DNA of 63,212 nucleotides, filler included, from Folioceros fuciformis (taxonomy: Eukaryota): assembly GCA_049999805.1 (NCBI GenBank). It is 5 parts of 5 records of this genome, joined end to end, with 100 filler letters (N's around TTAATTAATTAA, not from the genome) between each part and the next. Parts side by side here need not be neighbours in the genome. Positions count along the whole stretch, not along the records: positions 1 to 21,834 come from JBNGIO010005396.1; positions 21,935 to 39,855 come from JBNGIO010005398.1; 3 more parts are not named here. One strand, written 5' to 3'. Numbering within the stretch: the first letter of the stretch is position 1; each line of letters begins with the position of its first letter. Under the pieces are notes generated by a model that saw only the letters and a list, made by a program, of their open reading frames with translations, made no database searches and had not been told where the DNA came from. Below are positions 12,761-26,433 of this stretch, piece after piece. Both the position numbers and the translations under genes were made by a program.

Positions 12761-15700
12761 TCATTGAAAAAATATTCTGGCCCCACTGAACGTGAACTCC
12801 ATTAACTCAAACTCCGCTAAATATGTCTCCAGCCGTTTTATTATCTGCGTAAATGTGAACAGGACGCAATTGTAAATAGCGCTTGTGAACACAAAGAATG
12901 ACAGACAGCAAGAAACTGCCAAAGGGAGTGACGACAAAAACAGTCGACGGCAAGTATATACCAGTTGCATATTCTGAGCTTGCTCAACAGATATAGATGC
13001 TAGCTTTTGGCTCCACACTTCCAGTGCACTCATGCCGCCCCTTGTACTGTTCATGTCCAACCCATCTTCCAAGCTACTCTTCTCAGCAATCAGATGTTGC
13101 CTTGAAGAGTCAAACCAGTGAAGGGAATCGAACTGTTTGTCTTGCCCAAGCACCTGCGATCCTAGGTTAGCTAACACACTAAAGAAAATTGCTGCAGACT
13201 GTGATTCAGAGTGCACAGATTTATGCGGACCTTGAGCACATAAGCCAGACCGAGAGCAAAGCCATCATCTGTGAACATTGCATCGATAGCTTCTCGTCCT
13301 CTCTTGTAAAGTTTGTCTTTAGCTTGGAGCATGGCTTCCACAGAATTAATGATAAGAGCCGGAACAATCAAGAAGAACTCGCGCAGATGCATGTTGTCTT
13401 CACTTCGTAACTCCTGGCCACGAAAAACTAGGTTTGAATCAAGAATTTGCTCGCAAGATAATGGCCACAAACAGGTTCTTCGTCTTACTCAGCATGCAAC
13501 GAACCTTTGAGAAAACATTGGCCAGAATGTTCAGGTAATTGGTGCGCTCCAAAGATAAGTCTTGGCTTTCCAGAGCCCTGTCCAGCAGCCTCCCAGCTTC
13601 AATGGTCTCCTCGGACAACCCATAGTCCCTTGAGGACTCCTCGAAGCTCATACTGTGGTTTACACCTTGTACAAACCTTTGACATGCAAAACATCATTAC
13701 ATTTCTGGAAGAATGATGACAAGTTTGAAGCCACTGCAAGAGCAGGAAAAAGAACTATTCGAAGCATTGAGGAGATACTGACCCAGAGGATATACTACAA
13801 TAATGCAGCCCTCCATGCCTCACCATTCGCACGAATCCCAAAGCATTTCCCATTTCTGCAATAAGCTGCCGGAACTGATCCAAGTAACTGAGTCGATCTT
13901 CGGTCATACCCAGTTTCCGGATATCCTTGTTCAGCTTTTCTGCTCTTGTGAACGGGTACTGTTTTGAATGTTTCTCACCAGTTTCCTGAAACAGTTCTAG
14001 ACAACCTTGCTAAGCCAACAACCACACTGACGACAGAATTCAAAACAATGCTAAAGCCTGATACACACTCGACGTACCTTGTAAAAGCGGCGTTCCTTGC
14101 CAAGAGATGATTTAATGTGATCATCATAGAGGAATTGAGAAAATACTACAAATTTCTGGGCCAGGTACTGATAAGCAATATTAACAGTGGTGCTCATAAT
14201 CCCCGTCCCATGCGTGCGAATGGAGTTTGCAACATGTCTCACACTAACAGTGTTAACGTGTTTTCGATGGAGTGCGTTGGATGGCCTCTCAAAGAACACC
14301 TACACCACATAGGATCCCTCTCATTCTATCGGGAACTACATGACTTAGGCTCTATTTTCATTTGCTTAAATCAGATACAGCCAACAGAACTCCCAACCTG
14401 CAAGGCCTACCTGAGTGTTGAGATTGTACGTAAAGCATGCAACAAACAGGTGAATGTTACGCATAATATCCAATAAGTCCACGCCTTGTTCGAGTGTTTG
14501 ACTGGGAAGATGAATGTCATTGAGCTCAAGTTTGTATTTCTGTTCAGAGAGCTGGCGCATTTCTCCATAGGTCTGGGTCAAAATAGCCTTCCCGTCAGTA
14601 GGACGCAATGGTATCATGACAAACTTGCCAGGTATTTGCACAGAAAAGTAACTCCCAATGAGTAGCATAGCACAGAGTTGTTACTCACTTTCCAATCGTG
14701 GAGAGCAACTGCAGCATGGTCATAAAACGCAGAATTGAGATAGCTCTCCACTCTCGCCTTGATGTGGATGTACTTCGAGCTGAACCGTAGAGGCTTCAAC
14801 TCCAGGAACCAGGATAGATCCCGAACACCTGTCTATGGAAGGGAGCACAGAAATGTAGATGAGGATCAAACGTCCCTACTAATAACCAATACCTTCAGGT
14901 AGCTAGTAATCTCAAAGCATAATGAAGTTGGCAGGAGTACAGTGTGGGAATACCTTTGTCGGATTAACAGCCACAGTACCCTTCAAATGCGCTGAATGGA
15001 CATGCAACCGGAGATCAGTTTCAATGTCCCTACACAGTGGGGAGATAATTTCCTGCAAGCGTGGATTCATAGTGAGCATGAAAGTGAAGAGCACTTCCTC
15101 CAGTATACAAGACATCCGTCTGCATGGCCTCCGAAGTTTCATATAGTACAAGAAACTTGCAGCAGCAACTTACGTCTGTCACAGACTCTTCAATTTCTTT
15201 CTCAAAGGCTTTAATCACTTTTTCATCCACCTTTCCACGCTTCAGCAGCTTCACTCCGTCCATAAAAGAACTGATAAGGAATCTGAAAAACAAGAGGTAA
15301 CAAACCAATAATTCACACCAGCTTGGACAGCAGCAACTCCAACCACAGGAATGGATTCCTCCAGTCTACCAACAAATCAAAATGAGCAAAGGGTTTCATA
15401 TTTACTGAAGGTGACGGGCTTCCTCTGCCTGACCATATACCGTACTGAAGCAGGTGGACATCATCTCCCTGCTCCAGTACAAAAAACTGCAATCTGTGAC
15501 AGTTCTTACGACCTGATCTAGCTCAGCAGCAATTTCTATAAGCAGAAAAAGATCTGAGAGCTCCTTGTACAAGTTATCTGGGAGCCTGTTCTGTTGCAAC
15601 AACAAAGCATGAGATGTCACCAAAGGGGCATGCCCTAGCTACATCACTAACCACAAGTCCATAACAGTAACAGAAAGGCCAAACAACACGCATCCACTCG

Positions 15701-18700
15701 ACTAGATTCATAGGATGTTTTGTCACCCGCATACTTACATGGCTGCTTAGTACATCCAAGCATATTCGAAACAAGATCCTTCTTTGCGCACTACAACACC
15801 CTTGCAGAATATTGATTGCCAAGCCAACCTGCAGTCGAAATGATGTCTAACCAAAGTCCTCTTTCTCATGCAACTTGATGTCCACAACATTAAATGGAGA
15901 AAAAGACAAGGTCCATTCAAAAGTAGAAATCGTACAGCTGCTAATGCATCGACGAGTTTTGCATCGATCTCCTTTGCACCTGTAAGAAAGTTGAAGAAAG
16001 CCATCACTTGCAGAAAAGGAAGCAGGAGACAAGTTTTGGGCCAAAAAACCGTCAATGAGAACCCTTTTGGACCCTTCTCAGCAAAGTACACTTACTCCGT
16101 GTCATGGAACGAGTGAACAGGTTCAGACCACTGCTCCTTGCTTTTGACATGGTATCCGCTTCCAGTTGTGCCTGCTGAAACAGCATCAGAGAAATGTTGC
16201 ACCGAAGTGTAACAAGATTATGTGTAACTAGACCCAGGAATGGAAAGTAGATTGGTCAGCTGTAGATACCTTCACACTAATAAGGTGCCCTAGCATTTGA
16301 GCCTGTGTGAGCTGGATCATATGACCAATGCTCTGCACAGTTTCACTATTTTTCCTGTAGTACATATCCTCCACAGCCTGATACCAAACAGGAAATGGCT
16401 CTCAAATCTACCTTGAATCATTCGAAGATAAACAGACCTGACGCCAGCTGTACAGGCACTACTGCCATCTTTACCCCTAGGACCAACACCAATTGGAATA
16501 GAAGCACCAGAGAGACACCACCAGGTCTGAAGGAAATTTTTGGTCCCACACAAGACTGGAGTACATACCTTAAGAAGTTCAGCCGCATGATGCAAAACAC
16601 GTATCTGGTCCTTCCGTATCGGCACCTACAACAGGGACAACATTGAGGATGTCAAGATGAAACATCATACTCTTACAAATTACCATTCAGGACAAGAACG
16701 TACCTCCAAAATGACATGAAGGTCCACACAAGCACGCAACATATTACGTAGTCGGTTGGCGAGAAATATACCCTGTCACAAAGACAGCCAGGGTATCACA
16801 CACCTGCCTCATCAAATACATTGATCCTAGCATGAAGATGAATGAGATGATCACCTGTGCCAGTTGCTTTAACCTCATTTTCAAAACTGCTTGCACTGCC
16901 ACCTGCAAAACCTGCAAAAATGAGACATTTAAGCAACACTTGCTGGTTCCTCTGCTTGGAGATGTGGAATAAAAGAAGGAGCATTTGGTTCCAATTGCTC
17001 AGCATGGGCCCAATCAGCAGAAGGATCAGTTCTACATAACCTATCTCTAGGCAATTCCCTAAACATGAAATGAAAACAGTGGACACTGCTTGCCTTCGTA
17101 GAGACAGCTGAGTCAAATGAAACTAGCCAATTTGTGATTGAACTGCGTGACGCCTGCACATCTCTGGACGACATTGAGACAACTCTTAGGTATCAAGATT
17201 CTGGAGGGGACCACTGGTGGTTTGTTCTGCCTGTCAGTTGTGATAAGCTACCTGAGTAACATGTCATCCAGACTGAGAAGGTAACGGGTGTTGAGCAAGC
17301 CAGCTTCTTTCCTCAGCTCCCTCAGTATGGAGGAAGAGAAGGCCCCAGGAGGCAGCTGCGTCACTAGGAAATCTGGTGGTACCATTCTGATGTTGCAAAA
17401 CAAATGCAGTACTGGTATAGTCCGTTGCACCTCGAAGATCAGCTTACACAGTTTCTTGTCGGGAGCCTCTACTGACTTGTCACGCAATTGGAAAAAGATG
17501 TCAAGATCGATACAGAGGCAGCACGTTACACCATCAACACAAGACATATATGTGCACGCAATTAAGCCTCAGGAGATCAAACAGAAGCGGCAAGAATCTC
17601 GAGTGGGCGTCAGGCATACCAGTGCTCCATGCGTGGAACACGAAGAGTGCCAACAACCAGCCTAAATGCTCCCTATCACAGGGACGCTCTCTCGGAGTAT
17701 CTGCCGGGCACGAACGATCTTCAGAGACGAAAGAGAAGATGGAGATCTCTCTCATGAGAGAAAAGAATGGGGGAGGGGGAGGGAGGAGGTAAGTTTACAC
17801 GCATGATCCTTTCAAGCGAAGCAAAGCATGTTTTGGCAAAACCATCTCACCAAGTCGAGGAAGGACTTGAAGGACAACCTCCTTAAGACACAGGGACACC
17901 TCTTCAAGAAATTGTCGATTAGATTTGACCTTAATCAGATCTCCAGAGTTGAAGTCCTCTTGCACGCATCTCTGGAGAAGGGGAGCACGGGGCTTGGTCA
18001 ATCGTGGGGGAACAAGACCATGACGAGGCAAAAATACTCGGAGAAAGTGGTCGAGAGATGAATATGCGATGCTAGCTAGCGAGAGAGGCCCCGTACATGA
18101 AAGGAGCCGGTGGTTAGAGTGTCATCAATCCTTAAGACAGCACGATCCAGGAGTTCCACGTTCTCAGGTTCCATTTCAAATTTGGACGGATCGCTCCTGA
18201 TTTCATGTAGCATTCTGCCAGACACCATGCGAAAATTGACATGGTCATTCTTACGGTTACACATCCTGTCACCAGCAGGTAGCATTTCTAACAGTGCCGT
18301 GAACCCAAATACACACCTGGTGAAAAGAGACAGAGAATGTCCCAGAGCACCATTTTGTGCCACAATGTGATCAACAGTGACCAAAACCCCAAACCCTTCC
18401 GCCAGCGCAACCACGGCCGTGAGCAAATGAACTGTACCAAACGACGGATACGGTCTGCCCCTATCTCCCCCATAAATCCCATCCAGCTGCAAAACCAAGT
18501 TCCTCAGCACCGCCCTCAACCTAGAGAGGAAAGCCAGCAACTCATGGAAGAAGAGAAAAGATTTGGCGAAGGAGATCTGCAACTCCCCCTCCAGCGGCAG
18601 CTCCTCCAGACTGGCCCCGAGACCGAATCCTACCAATCGGGGATAGATGCTCTCAACAGCATGTTTCCTGAGAGACTGGATCTCCAGACAATCAAAGGCC

Positions 18701-18960
18701 AGCACAGCCACTAGTTTGCTGAACGGCACGTTGTCAGTAACCACCAGATCCAGCACCGAGGCTCCCTCTTGCGGCTGCGCCGTCAAGTGCACCGGATCCC
18801 GATTCACGTCGCCCACATCAGACGCCGCCGCTCTGAGAAAATTGTCATCGTGCAGTTCCAGCTTGAGCAGCACACTCCCCCGCCACTCGTCCACAAACCT
18901 GCGCAGTTTTTCATGCTGCTGCTCCACCGCAACGGCTCCCACGGACGCCATAGCCGCCAT
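12761..18960 (-). CDS. WASHC4: WASH complex subunit 4 (SWIP/KIAA1033), many exons
   Basis: Exon peptides '[15 protein letters not shown]', '[18 protein letters not shown]', '[19 protein letters not shown]', '[15 protein letters not shown]', 'QFDSLHWF', and C-terminal '[11 protein letters not shown]'. Exon boundaries not all resolved. Confidence 0.9.
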
Positions 18961-21834
18961 CCGCTGCAGGCCACGGGGGCGGGGGGGCGGCTGCCGGAAT
19001 TAGGTCAAGCCCGTCTCCCCCACCGCCATCTCCAGGCTCCAGCTGCAGCGCATCCGGGCTCCGTATGCCGTTACCCTGCCACATCCATATTCAAATCCTC
19101 CGCAGTTTCGCGAGCTACACAGGATCCGAGCTCCAGACCCCCGGGGCTCCGGCAGCAAGGCAGCAGGAGAGCAGGGCGTATCAGACAAGGCGATGCACAG
19201 AACCCTAAACCCAACGCACAGAATGCGACAAGGAAGTGTCAGCAGACGGAGGGAGGGGCGGTAGGACCAGGTGTCGCAGCTCCGAGGAATGTATTTGTTT
19301 TGTGTGAAGCGGAGCAGGGAGACGGGATGTGGAGGAGAGGCGGAGGGTTGTTTGAGGGCCCCGATGCAGGGCAGCAAGGCAGGTGAATCCGAGGTTTGTG
19401 CAATCTGCTATGTATATCTGTCAAGCATGCTATAAACAGCAAACTTGCATCTTCGACTCCATCTCCTCCTCCGATTGATACCGTGGATGCCCAGCGGCTC
19501 TCAGGACACACATCCATCGCAACGACGCAAAGCAGAGGTTACAGGATTGATGGGAAGATGCCGGCTCCATCCTGGGCACATGTGCAGGTGGACGGGCCGG
19601 ACCGGGGGGCAGCCTGGCGTCAGGCAACAGCCAACGGGGGCATGCCAACCCACAGGAGTTCCTTCTCACTGCCAGATTCCAGTCATTTCATGGCACTACA
19701 TCCTGCAGGCGTGGGCGAGCAGGCAATCACAAGGTGGGGCCTCGGAAGCCGGACCAATCTCAATCCATCGCCTTAAAGGGGAGTGAGCAACGCCAGCTTC
19801 TTGCTTGCTTCTGCAGCAACAGTACTGTGTTGGCGTGTCTGCTGGGCTCTCCTCCAGACAGCAACTACATCTCGATCCTGTCCCGACGGTCGTTCACACT
19901 GCCGATTTTACCATGTTTCACCTCACGGGGGGGTGGGGGGGTGTGTGAGTGGTGGGGGGGACAGGGCTGGGCAGAATATGCAGGTGACGTCACCAACCCC
20001 TCAGCACCCTCTCGGCAGCAGCCGTGAGTGCTGGGCGGGGCCGGGCCGGGGAGCGGAATGACCAGGGTCCAGGGTGCTGGAGCCTGGAAATCCTGATCAC
20101 GGGAGCCCTTCAGAGGGTTTGATTTTCAAGTCACCCCGGTCTTCCAAACCGCAGTCAAACAGGTAGTTGCTGGGTCACTGGACCTGACCTCATTTGTGGG
20201 CTGCCAGTGCGGGGGTCCGGGAAGATGATGGGTCAAGAGATACATCAGCTGATTCCAACACCCAACCACACATGAGTCGCAGATGCGGTGAGCCCACATT
20301 GCATCATCGCATGGGCAGTGTGTTCCGCGGTTCCTCCCGGTCCACAATGTTTCTCCCTTTTCAAGTCAATCTGCTTCCGTTTCCGCGTTCATGAAATTCT
20401 AGACCGTCATTTGTTCCCGCAATCACTCCGGGCAGCACGATCACTTGCAGTGCGAGACTCTGGTGTTGGTGTGATGCAGGCTTTTCCCAGAGAGCATGCA
20501 CATGTTGCAAGAGTGACGACAAAAAAAAGGACACCGTGTGGCTGGTCTTCACTCACATCATCCCCACTCGCCTTTGCCTCCATGGATGCATCCATAGTAC
20601 GTTCAAATCCACTCACATCCTGTAACAAGTTAGGCTGGATATATCCATACGCTTTCTCCACAAAGCTCACACATGGTCCTTTATCTTCTCGAGATCTCAT
20701 ACAGACCAAGACAGCCCAACCGAAAAAGCAGTGCTTCTCTTCTTCTTCCGACCAGATGCATTCCATTACCTATTATTGAGGTTTTTCCACAACGCAAAGT
20801 CTTAGAAGGGGACTACGTATACGGGCATTTGATGACCGACCTGTGGAAAGCAAGTCTACTATTCTCCACGCTTCCACTGTTCTTCTACTTCATGTTTCTG
20901 ATGTATGTACTTTATCTCCATCCACAAACTCATTTTCACTCAGCTTTATCATAAGAAGAAGACTAGCAAAGCTAAGCTTCCTAACTCCAGATTCCTACAC
21001 CCATTCATATCCACTCTCATGCTGCTACTAATCAAGTCTCTCTCTAGCTTTGCCTAAATTATGCTGAAGGTACACAGAGTATTTTGCTGGATTCAAAAAT
21101 TCAAAAACAGATCCCAATAAAAAGTCAGGTCTGACTAATATCCGTGTAATAAGCGAAACGGGACGGGGACGGGGATGGGGATGGTGACGAAGTGAAGGTG
21201 AGGCGCCCCGTGTCAGGCCAGCGCCAGCATGGACTGGGACCTGGACACATCTTTGACCGGTCACAGGTGGATGCGATGGCAAGCACTTCCGGACACCGGA
21301 AGCCGCCGGTCGCAATCACTCACCGGCTCCAGCCAGTGGCGCACGCGCGCACCGGACATGGCCGGTAAGTCAATACCTTGATTGACTTCATGTTGTGGCG
21401 TGCGCGCCCCAATTCCCCCAGCCAATTATTGCGCTCCTGCGCTCTCTGCCAACAAACACTAACAGATCTCCGCATTCCACTTCAAACAGTTTTTTGTCCG
21501 CTTTCTCTTGTATTTACTGCTTATATGGGTATAACGCTTTTTCTTCCTACTAAAATAACTATCAATTTAAATCTTCGTAAATGATTACTTATAGGATAAG
21601 TGAATGACACTTATTTGAGGGTAAACATGAGACTTTATTGTAAAGTGATGAGAAAAATTATCTAATAAAAATATGGGATTTCAGGAGCAATAGTAGTTTT
21701 TGAGAATGAAGTTTGAAATGGCTAGTTTTTTTTTTTTTTTTTTTCCCTGTTCGGGTTGCTCCTTTTATCTTTGGAGTAGATGGGATTTTCCCATCTCTTT
21801 TTCAATAATATATATATATATATATATATTTGAG

Positions 21835-21934
21835 NNNNNNNNNNNNNNNNNNNNNNNNNNNNNNNNNNNNNNNNNNNNTTAATTAATTAANNNNNNNNNN
21901 NNNNNNNNNNNNNNNNNNNNNNNNNNNNNNNNNN
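21835..21934. other. Artificial contig linker N44-TTAATTAATTAA-N44
   Basis: Identical 100-bp construct occurs four times; the 12-mer gives stops in all six frames. Confidence 0.97.
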
Positions 21935-23773
21935 CCAATCTAGTGTCCAATTATGTGTCGGGCTAATTATTTGTTCAGAAAGCTAGTCGACAAGTTTAGC
22001 AACAAATGTGAAAACAACTTGAGAAACATATAACGAGGAGTAGTAAATCAACCCTAACTCTCGTAGCCAAATCTAGGCTGCATTGCAAAGTTGAGTCTCT
22101 TCTTAAAAACCTACTTGCATACTAAGGGTTTCTCCCAGCAGATAAGGGCATTAGCTTCCAAGTATTATTCTATATTAAAGATTGACATTCAAACTCTATA
22201 GCTTTCTTCCACCATTAGAAAGATCTAGGACCATCAACAACTTCTCTATAAGTGGCTAGTTCTCCTACACAAGGAATTGTACTAACTGCTGTGTCCAGAG
22301 AGGAAGAAGCTTCAAACTCATAATCCTTTCCATTTCCACTTATTATTAGGTTTTCTTAACATGTCAAATCGACATTGAGAAAGCGCTTCTATGGGATCAC
22401 GTGTTGGTGTTGTAGGTTGTTGGGGAGGCTAAACAAGATCATCAAACTTAGCTATATCAACTGCAAGCTGGTTGGCAATTTTAGCAACAAATTTGGCAAC
22501 ACCTTCAAAAACAAATAACTAAGATGACTGATGTTGGGCCTCCATCGTCCATGTAAAAGGCTTTGTATCACACCCCAAGAGTCAACACTGTTTAAAGGCA
22601 TTATGTAAGAAGCAACCTTGACTTCGTGGGCTTGCATTTGGACAAAGATGTATAGAAAGTGAGGGTCTTAATCATTTCCTTGTTCCCTTCCAGCCAAGAT
22701 TTCGGTTAGTGTGGTTGAACGAAAGTGGTGAGTAAAGAATGCTTGACTCAATGTTGTATGCATTTTGGCATATTATCTACAAAAGTTCCAATTAGTTGAT
22801 GTAGTTTGCCTATTCGATGGAAATCTAAATGCCCATGGGACCCAATGAAGCGGGTCATTGACAAGGTCAATAATGATAATAGCTCATGAAGTAAGCATTA
22901 ATGAACATCACTCCTTGTGGTAAGTCTTGGAGAATGAGGAAAATTGGAGTATTGGGTAGTGCCAACTGTTTAGTCTATGCTGGGCTTTTCTCGAAAAGAA
23001 CCAAATATAAGTCTTGGATGAAGTGATTGCTTTTATGGACGCACACATTGATGCTTTGATTCAGAAGACGTGCAAGCTGAGTTTTGTGGCTGTACAGTAA
23101 TCAACATAGCACAGAACAATGACAAAATCAACGTAGCACATAACAATACAAATTGTTCCTGCTCCATGCAGGTGCTTCATCATGCTCAATCAGGATGTAG
23201 TTCTCTCTCAGATGTGGTGTGTCTAGAACCCTACTATGGGATTGTCTAGAACATTTCTTTTGATTGGAGAACGTTTCTTCGCTTACTAAGCTTAGTTGAA
23301 GAGGACACCAAAAAGGGCTCAGTGCATTGGGGCTGTGGCGTCATGCTAGTTCAAGCAAGCGCTGACGTGGCCTAGTTCACCCCGGTATACCAGGTAGTGC
23401 TCCACCGAGAGAGTCGTGGTGGAAGACCGAGAGAATCACCCAAGAATTTTCAATGCTGTGAGGCCTCCTCCACTTTCGAAGGCAAAGTCCTGGGTTCGAT
23501 CCAGACAAAGCTGAGACATTACTGTCCGGGAAGCATGGACAGTCATGCCTGGATATCTTTTCACATGAACAAGTTCACAGTAGTATACATCACCAGATTC
23601 AATCATCAATCGGCCACAGAAATATCTGCATGTGAAGCAGCTTGCATGTAGGCTACCTGGCAAGTCATGCATTGGAGTTATCGCCTCATCTTGAAGACAA
23701 CAGGAACCATCACCGCGGATGTCGCAAGGCTACTACCTCTGGAACAATTGCTCTCGGAGGATCCATCGTGCAT

Positions 23774-24997
23774 CTATACTTCAGCAACGAAACTTGGTTC
23801 GTACGGGAAGCAAAGAGGTTGAATTGGCTGCCCCATCTTCAGGCCAAGACGCAAGCGGCGACCGTCTGGACTAGGCCATCTGTGCCACGAACTGGCCCGA
23901 AGGTTGTACACAACAACAATAAGGCTGTTCATAGTGGTTATACATAATATGTTGCCATGCCTTACAGCACGAACGCCTTCCTTAACACATGCATCCAAGA
24001 CATCCTCCATGTAAGGAGGCATGAATGTTACAATTGTCCATTCTTGAGATGTTGGCATGAAAACATAGATGACCAGGTACCTGGCAAGTTCCACATTCCA
24101 TCCCACCAGTAGCACTTGCCCCTCGAACTGTACGAGGTTTGCCATTTTCTCAGTAACAGCTCCCGGGAGTCTGTGGTTTGTCCACTGTCTCGTCTCCAAG
24201 TCAAAACATGCCATCCAGAACTTATGATCATGGTAGTTGCAGACGATTAGAAAAAACGTGCCCTCATGGTATGCGGCATGGGTGGAAGCAAAGACAGCCT
24301 TGTCAAAGGTCGGGCCCGTGGTGAGTAAACTCCACAACCTAGTTCTTGAATCATACACCTGCACTCTGGCGAATCCGTTGTCAAAATAGCTTGAAGCCAT
24401 TGGGAGTGTAGCTCGACTCCACTTACCTTCCAATGGCTGATCCATGAACCTGAATATACGATACCGCTTTCCCCCGGGATCCACTTGGACAGACACCGCA
24501 CCTGAGAAGAAGGTCAATCCACCTCCATACACACTAGGCAGCTGTGTGCAAGCTTCCGTCAGCGGATTAATGACAAAGTAGAACTCCCTGTTCTTGACAA
24601 AGAAGAGGCCCTTGTGTCCTCCCAGCACTTGGTAGTCATCAAGGGCGGGTGATATCCGGGGCATAAAGGAAAACGATGGCAACTCCCGCCACGCTTTGGA
24701 CAATGGATCTGCTGCGCAACATCTGATGAAGCTCCCTCGCGTGGCAACCAGCGGGAAGTAGGCTTCAGAAGCAGACGCTTGCGCATGCGCAGTGAGAAAA
24801 TTGCCGCTTGAGAGCAGTGACAAGCACCAATTCTTGCAAGCAACGCGGGCTTGGAACAGACTGTGCAAAGGCAAACGAGCCAGGAAGTTGGCAATCAAAT
24901 CCTCTGGAAGATTCGCCCACTCTGGTCGACACAATGTACAGGAGTCATTCAAGCAGCCTGTTGCCGGATGATTCATTTCCGACCCCGTCCCTCGCAT
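23774..24997 (-). CDS. F-box protein with C-terminal kelch-like/F-box-associated beta-propeller, single exon
   Basis: F-box 'WANLPEDLIANFLARLPLHSLFQARVACKNW', then 'GHKGLFF..FVINPLT..LP', 'QVYDSRTRLW', 'CFDLETRQW'. First ATG at 24997. Confidence 0.9.
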   Translation of the reverse strand: MRGTGSEMNHPATGCLNDSCTLCRPEWANLPEDLIANFLARLPLHSLFQARVACKNWCLSLLSSGNFLTAHAQASASEAYFPLVATRGSFIRCCAADPLSKAWRELPSFSFMPRISPALDDYQVLGGHKGLFFVKNREFYFVINPLTEACTQLPSVYGGGLTFFSGAVSVQVDPGGKRYRIFRFMDQPLEGKWSRATLPMASSYFDNGFARVQVYDSRTRLWSLLTTGPTFDKAVFASTHAAYHEGTFFLIVCNYHDHKFWMACFDLETRQWTNHRLPGAVTEKMANLVQFEGQVLLVGWNVELARYLVIYVFMPTSQEWTIVTFMPPYMEDVLDACVKEGVRAVRHGNILCITTMNSLIVVVYNLRASSWHRWPSPDGRRLRLGLKMGQPIQPLCFPYEPSFVAEV

Positions 24998-26433
24998 CAA
25001 GATCCAGCACCGAGGAGGGGAGTACGATGAGTTCTGGGGCAGAGTGAGCAAGGGCGAGCCCGGAACAGGAAGTGGCGAGAGGCGTAGAGGTGCTATTGAC
25101 GGTCGTCCTCAATTGCCGGAACTGGTGCGTTGTCGTCATCGTCCCGCTTGGCCAAAGCATGTGGGGGACGATTCAAGTCCGCCAGGGTCTACCTGGTGAC
25201 CTCATTAGTACCCAGCAGATTCCTCTCGCTGGCGATCCCGACAACTCTTTTCCAACAGCCTTACGAAGTGTGGTTATTACACTAAGGCCTTCCTCCCCAG
25301 CAAAGATTTCCTTCGGTATTTCTCTCCTCTGGTGTTGCCCGTAGAGGATTATCAGTCACGGGTGCCGATCAGCACGTCCATTTTCAGGAGGCTCTGATAA
25401 GCGTAGTAGTCCCTGCTCTCTGAGATTTGATGCGGCCGAGGGTGGCGACGGAAAGCGCGACAATGTGAGCACAAGCCTATTTGTTTTTGCTTGTTAGGCT
25501 CTGCCCTACGCTTTGATGCATTTGATGGAGATGGTGCAACGAGCTGCACCACGGGGCAACAGACGTACTTGTTTATGCCTATTAGGCTCTGCCCTATGTT
25601 TTGATGCAGCTGAGTTTGCTGGAGGACAGAGAAACAATCACGTGGGCCTTGACTGCTTTGCAAGGCTAGTTGGCATGTATGGCCGTTTGCGATCTGCTCA
25701 GTAAACTGGAACATTGCTGGGTCTGCGATAATTGTTAACCATCACCTGCCTGGAAGATTCTTTTGCTATTTCATCCAAGCCAGTTCTGATCAATCACAGC
25801 ACTTTCGACCTGCATCCACTCCTTGGCTTCTCATGGTTGAGCACGGGTGAAATGGTGCGCTGGGTATCTCGTGGCTTGTGTGCATAGTTGAGTTGGGCGC
25901 TTTACTCCTCTCTGCGGAGAGATATTTCGCGGAAGTTCGATTCCCGTACCTGTTCGCGTACCCTGTTACAGATAGTATGGTACCCCCATTACAGATAGAG
26001 TGCATAAGATCTTGAATACGTCGTCACTTCTGATCATGATTGATCACAGCGTGTCAGAACTGCAAAACTGTATCTTCTTGAAGAGGCAGCAGAGCCAACT
26101 GTTGATCCTTCAACTCAGGAAGGAGGAGGAACGGCCACTCGACTTACTCCAAGGATGTTTTCAGTTGAACAACTTGGGTGGATATAAGCATGATTTGGTA
26201 CATGTGCAGCTGTTGTTGTTGTTGTGCTTGCATCAGAAACCAGCCGGATGTGATCCTCCCATTTCAGTCTTGGAAGTGAGCCTTTGCGGCCATAGCATGA
26301 GGGCCACCTAAGTCTCATATGAGGATGCGGAAGATTTGAGAAGTTCTGATGTGTATTTCCCTCCCTTGTTTGACTCTCATGCGCAGCTATGGTCACGAAG
26401 GAACTTCTCCTGGGTAGCCCCCTCCACGCTTAT

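Noticed and set aside
18769-21320. Cluster of 60-205 aa ORFs upstream of WASHC4
   Set aside because: No recognisable motifs and no consistent exon chain; a lineage-specific gene cannot be excluded without RNA-seq.
21879-21890. TTAATTAATTAA as a biological palindrome
   Set aside because: Synthetic assembly linker.
21935-23050. Possible decayed retroelement fragment
   Set aside because: No diagnostic motif could be read in any frame.
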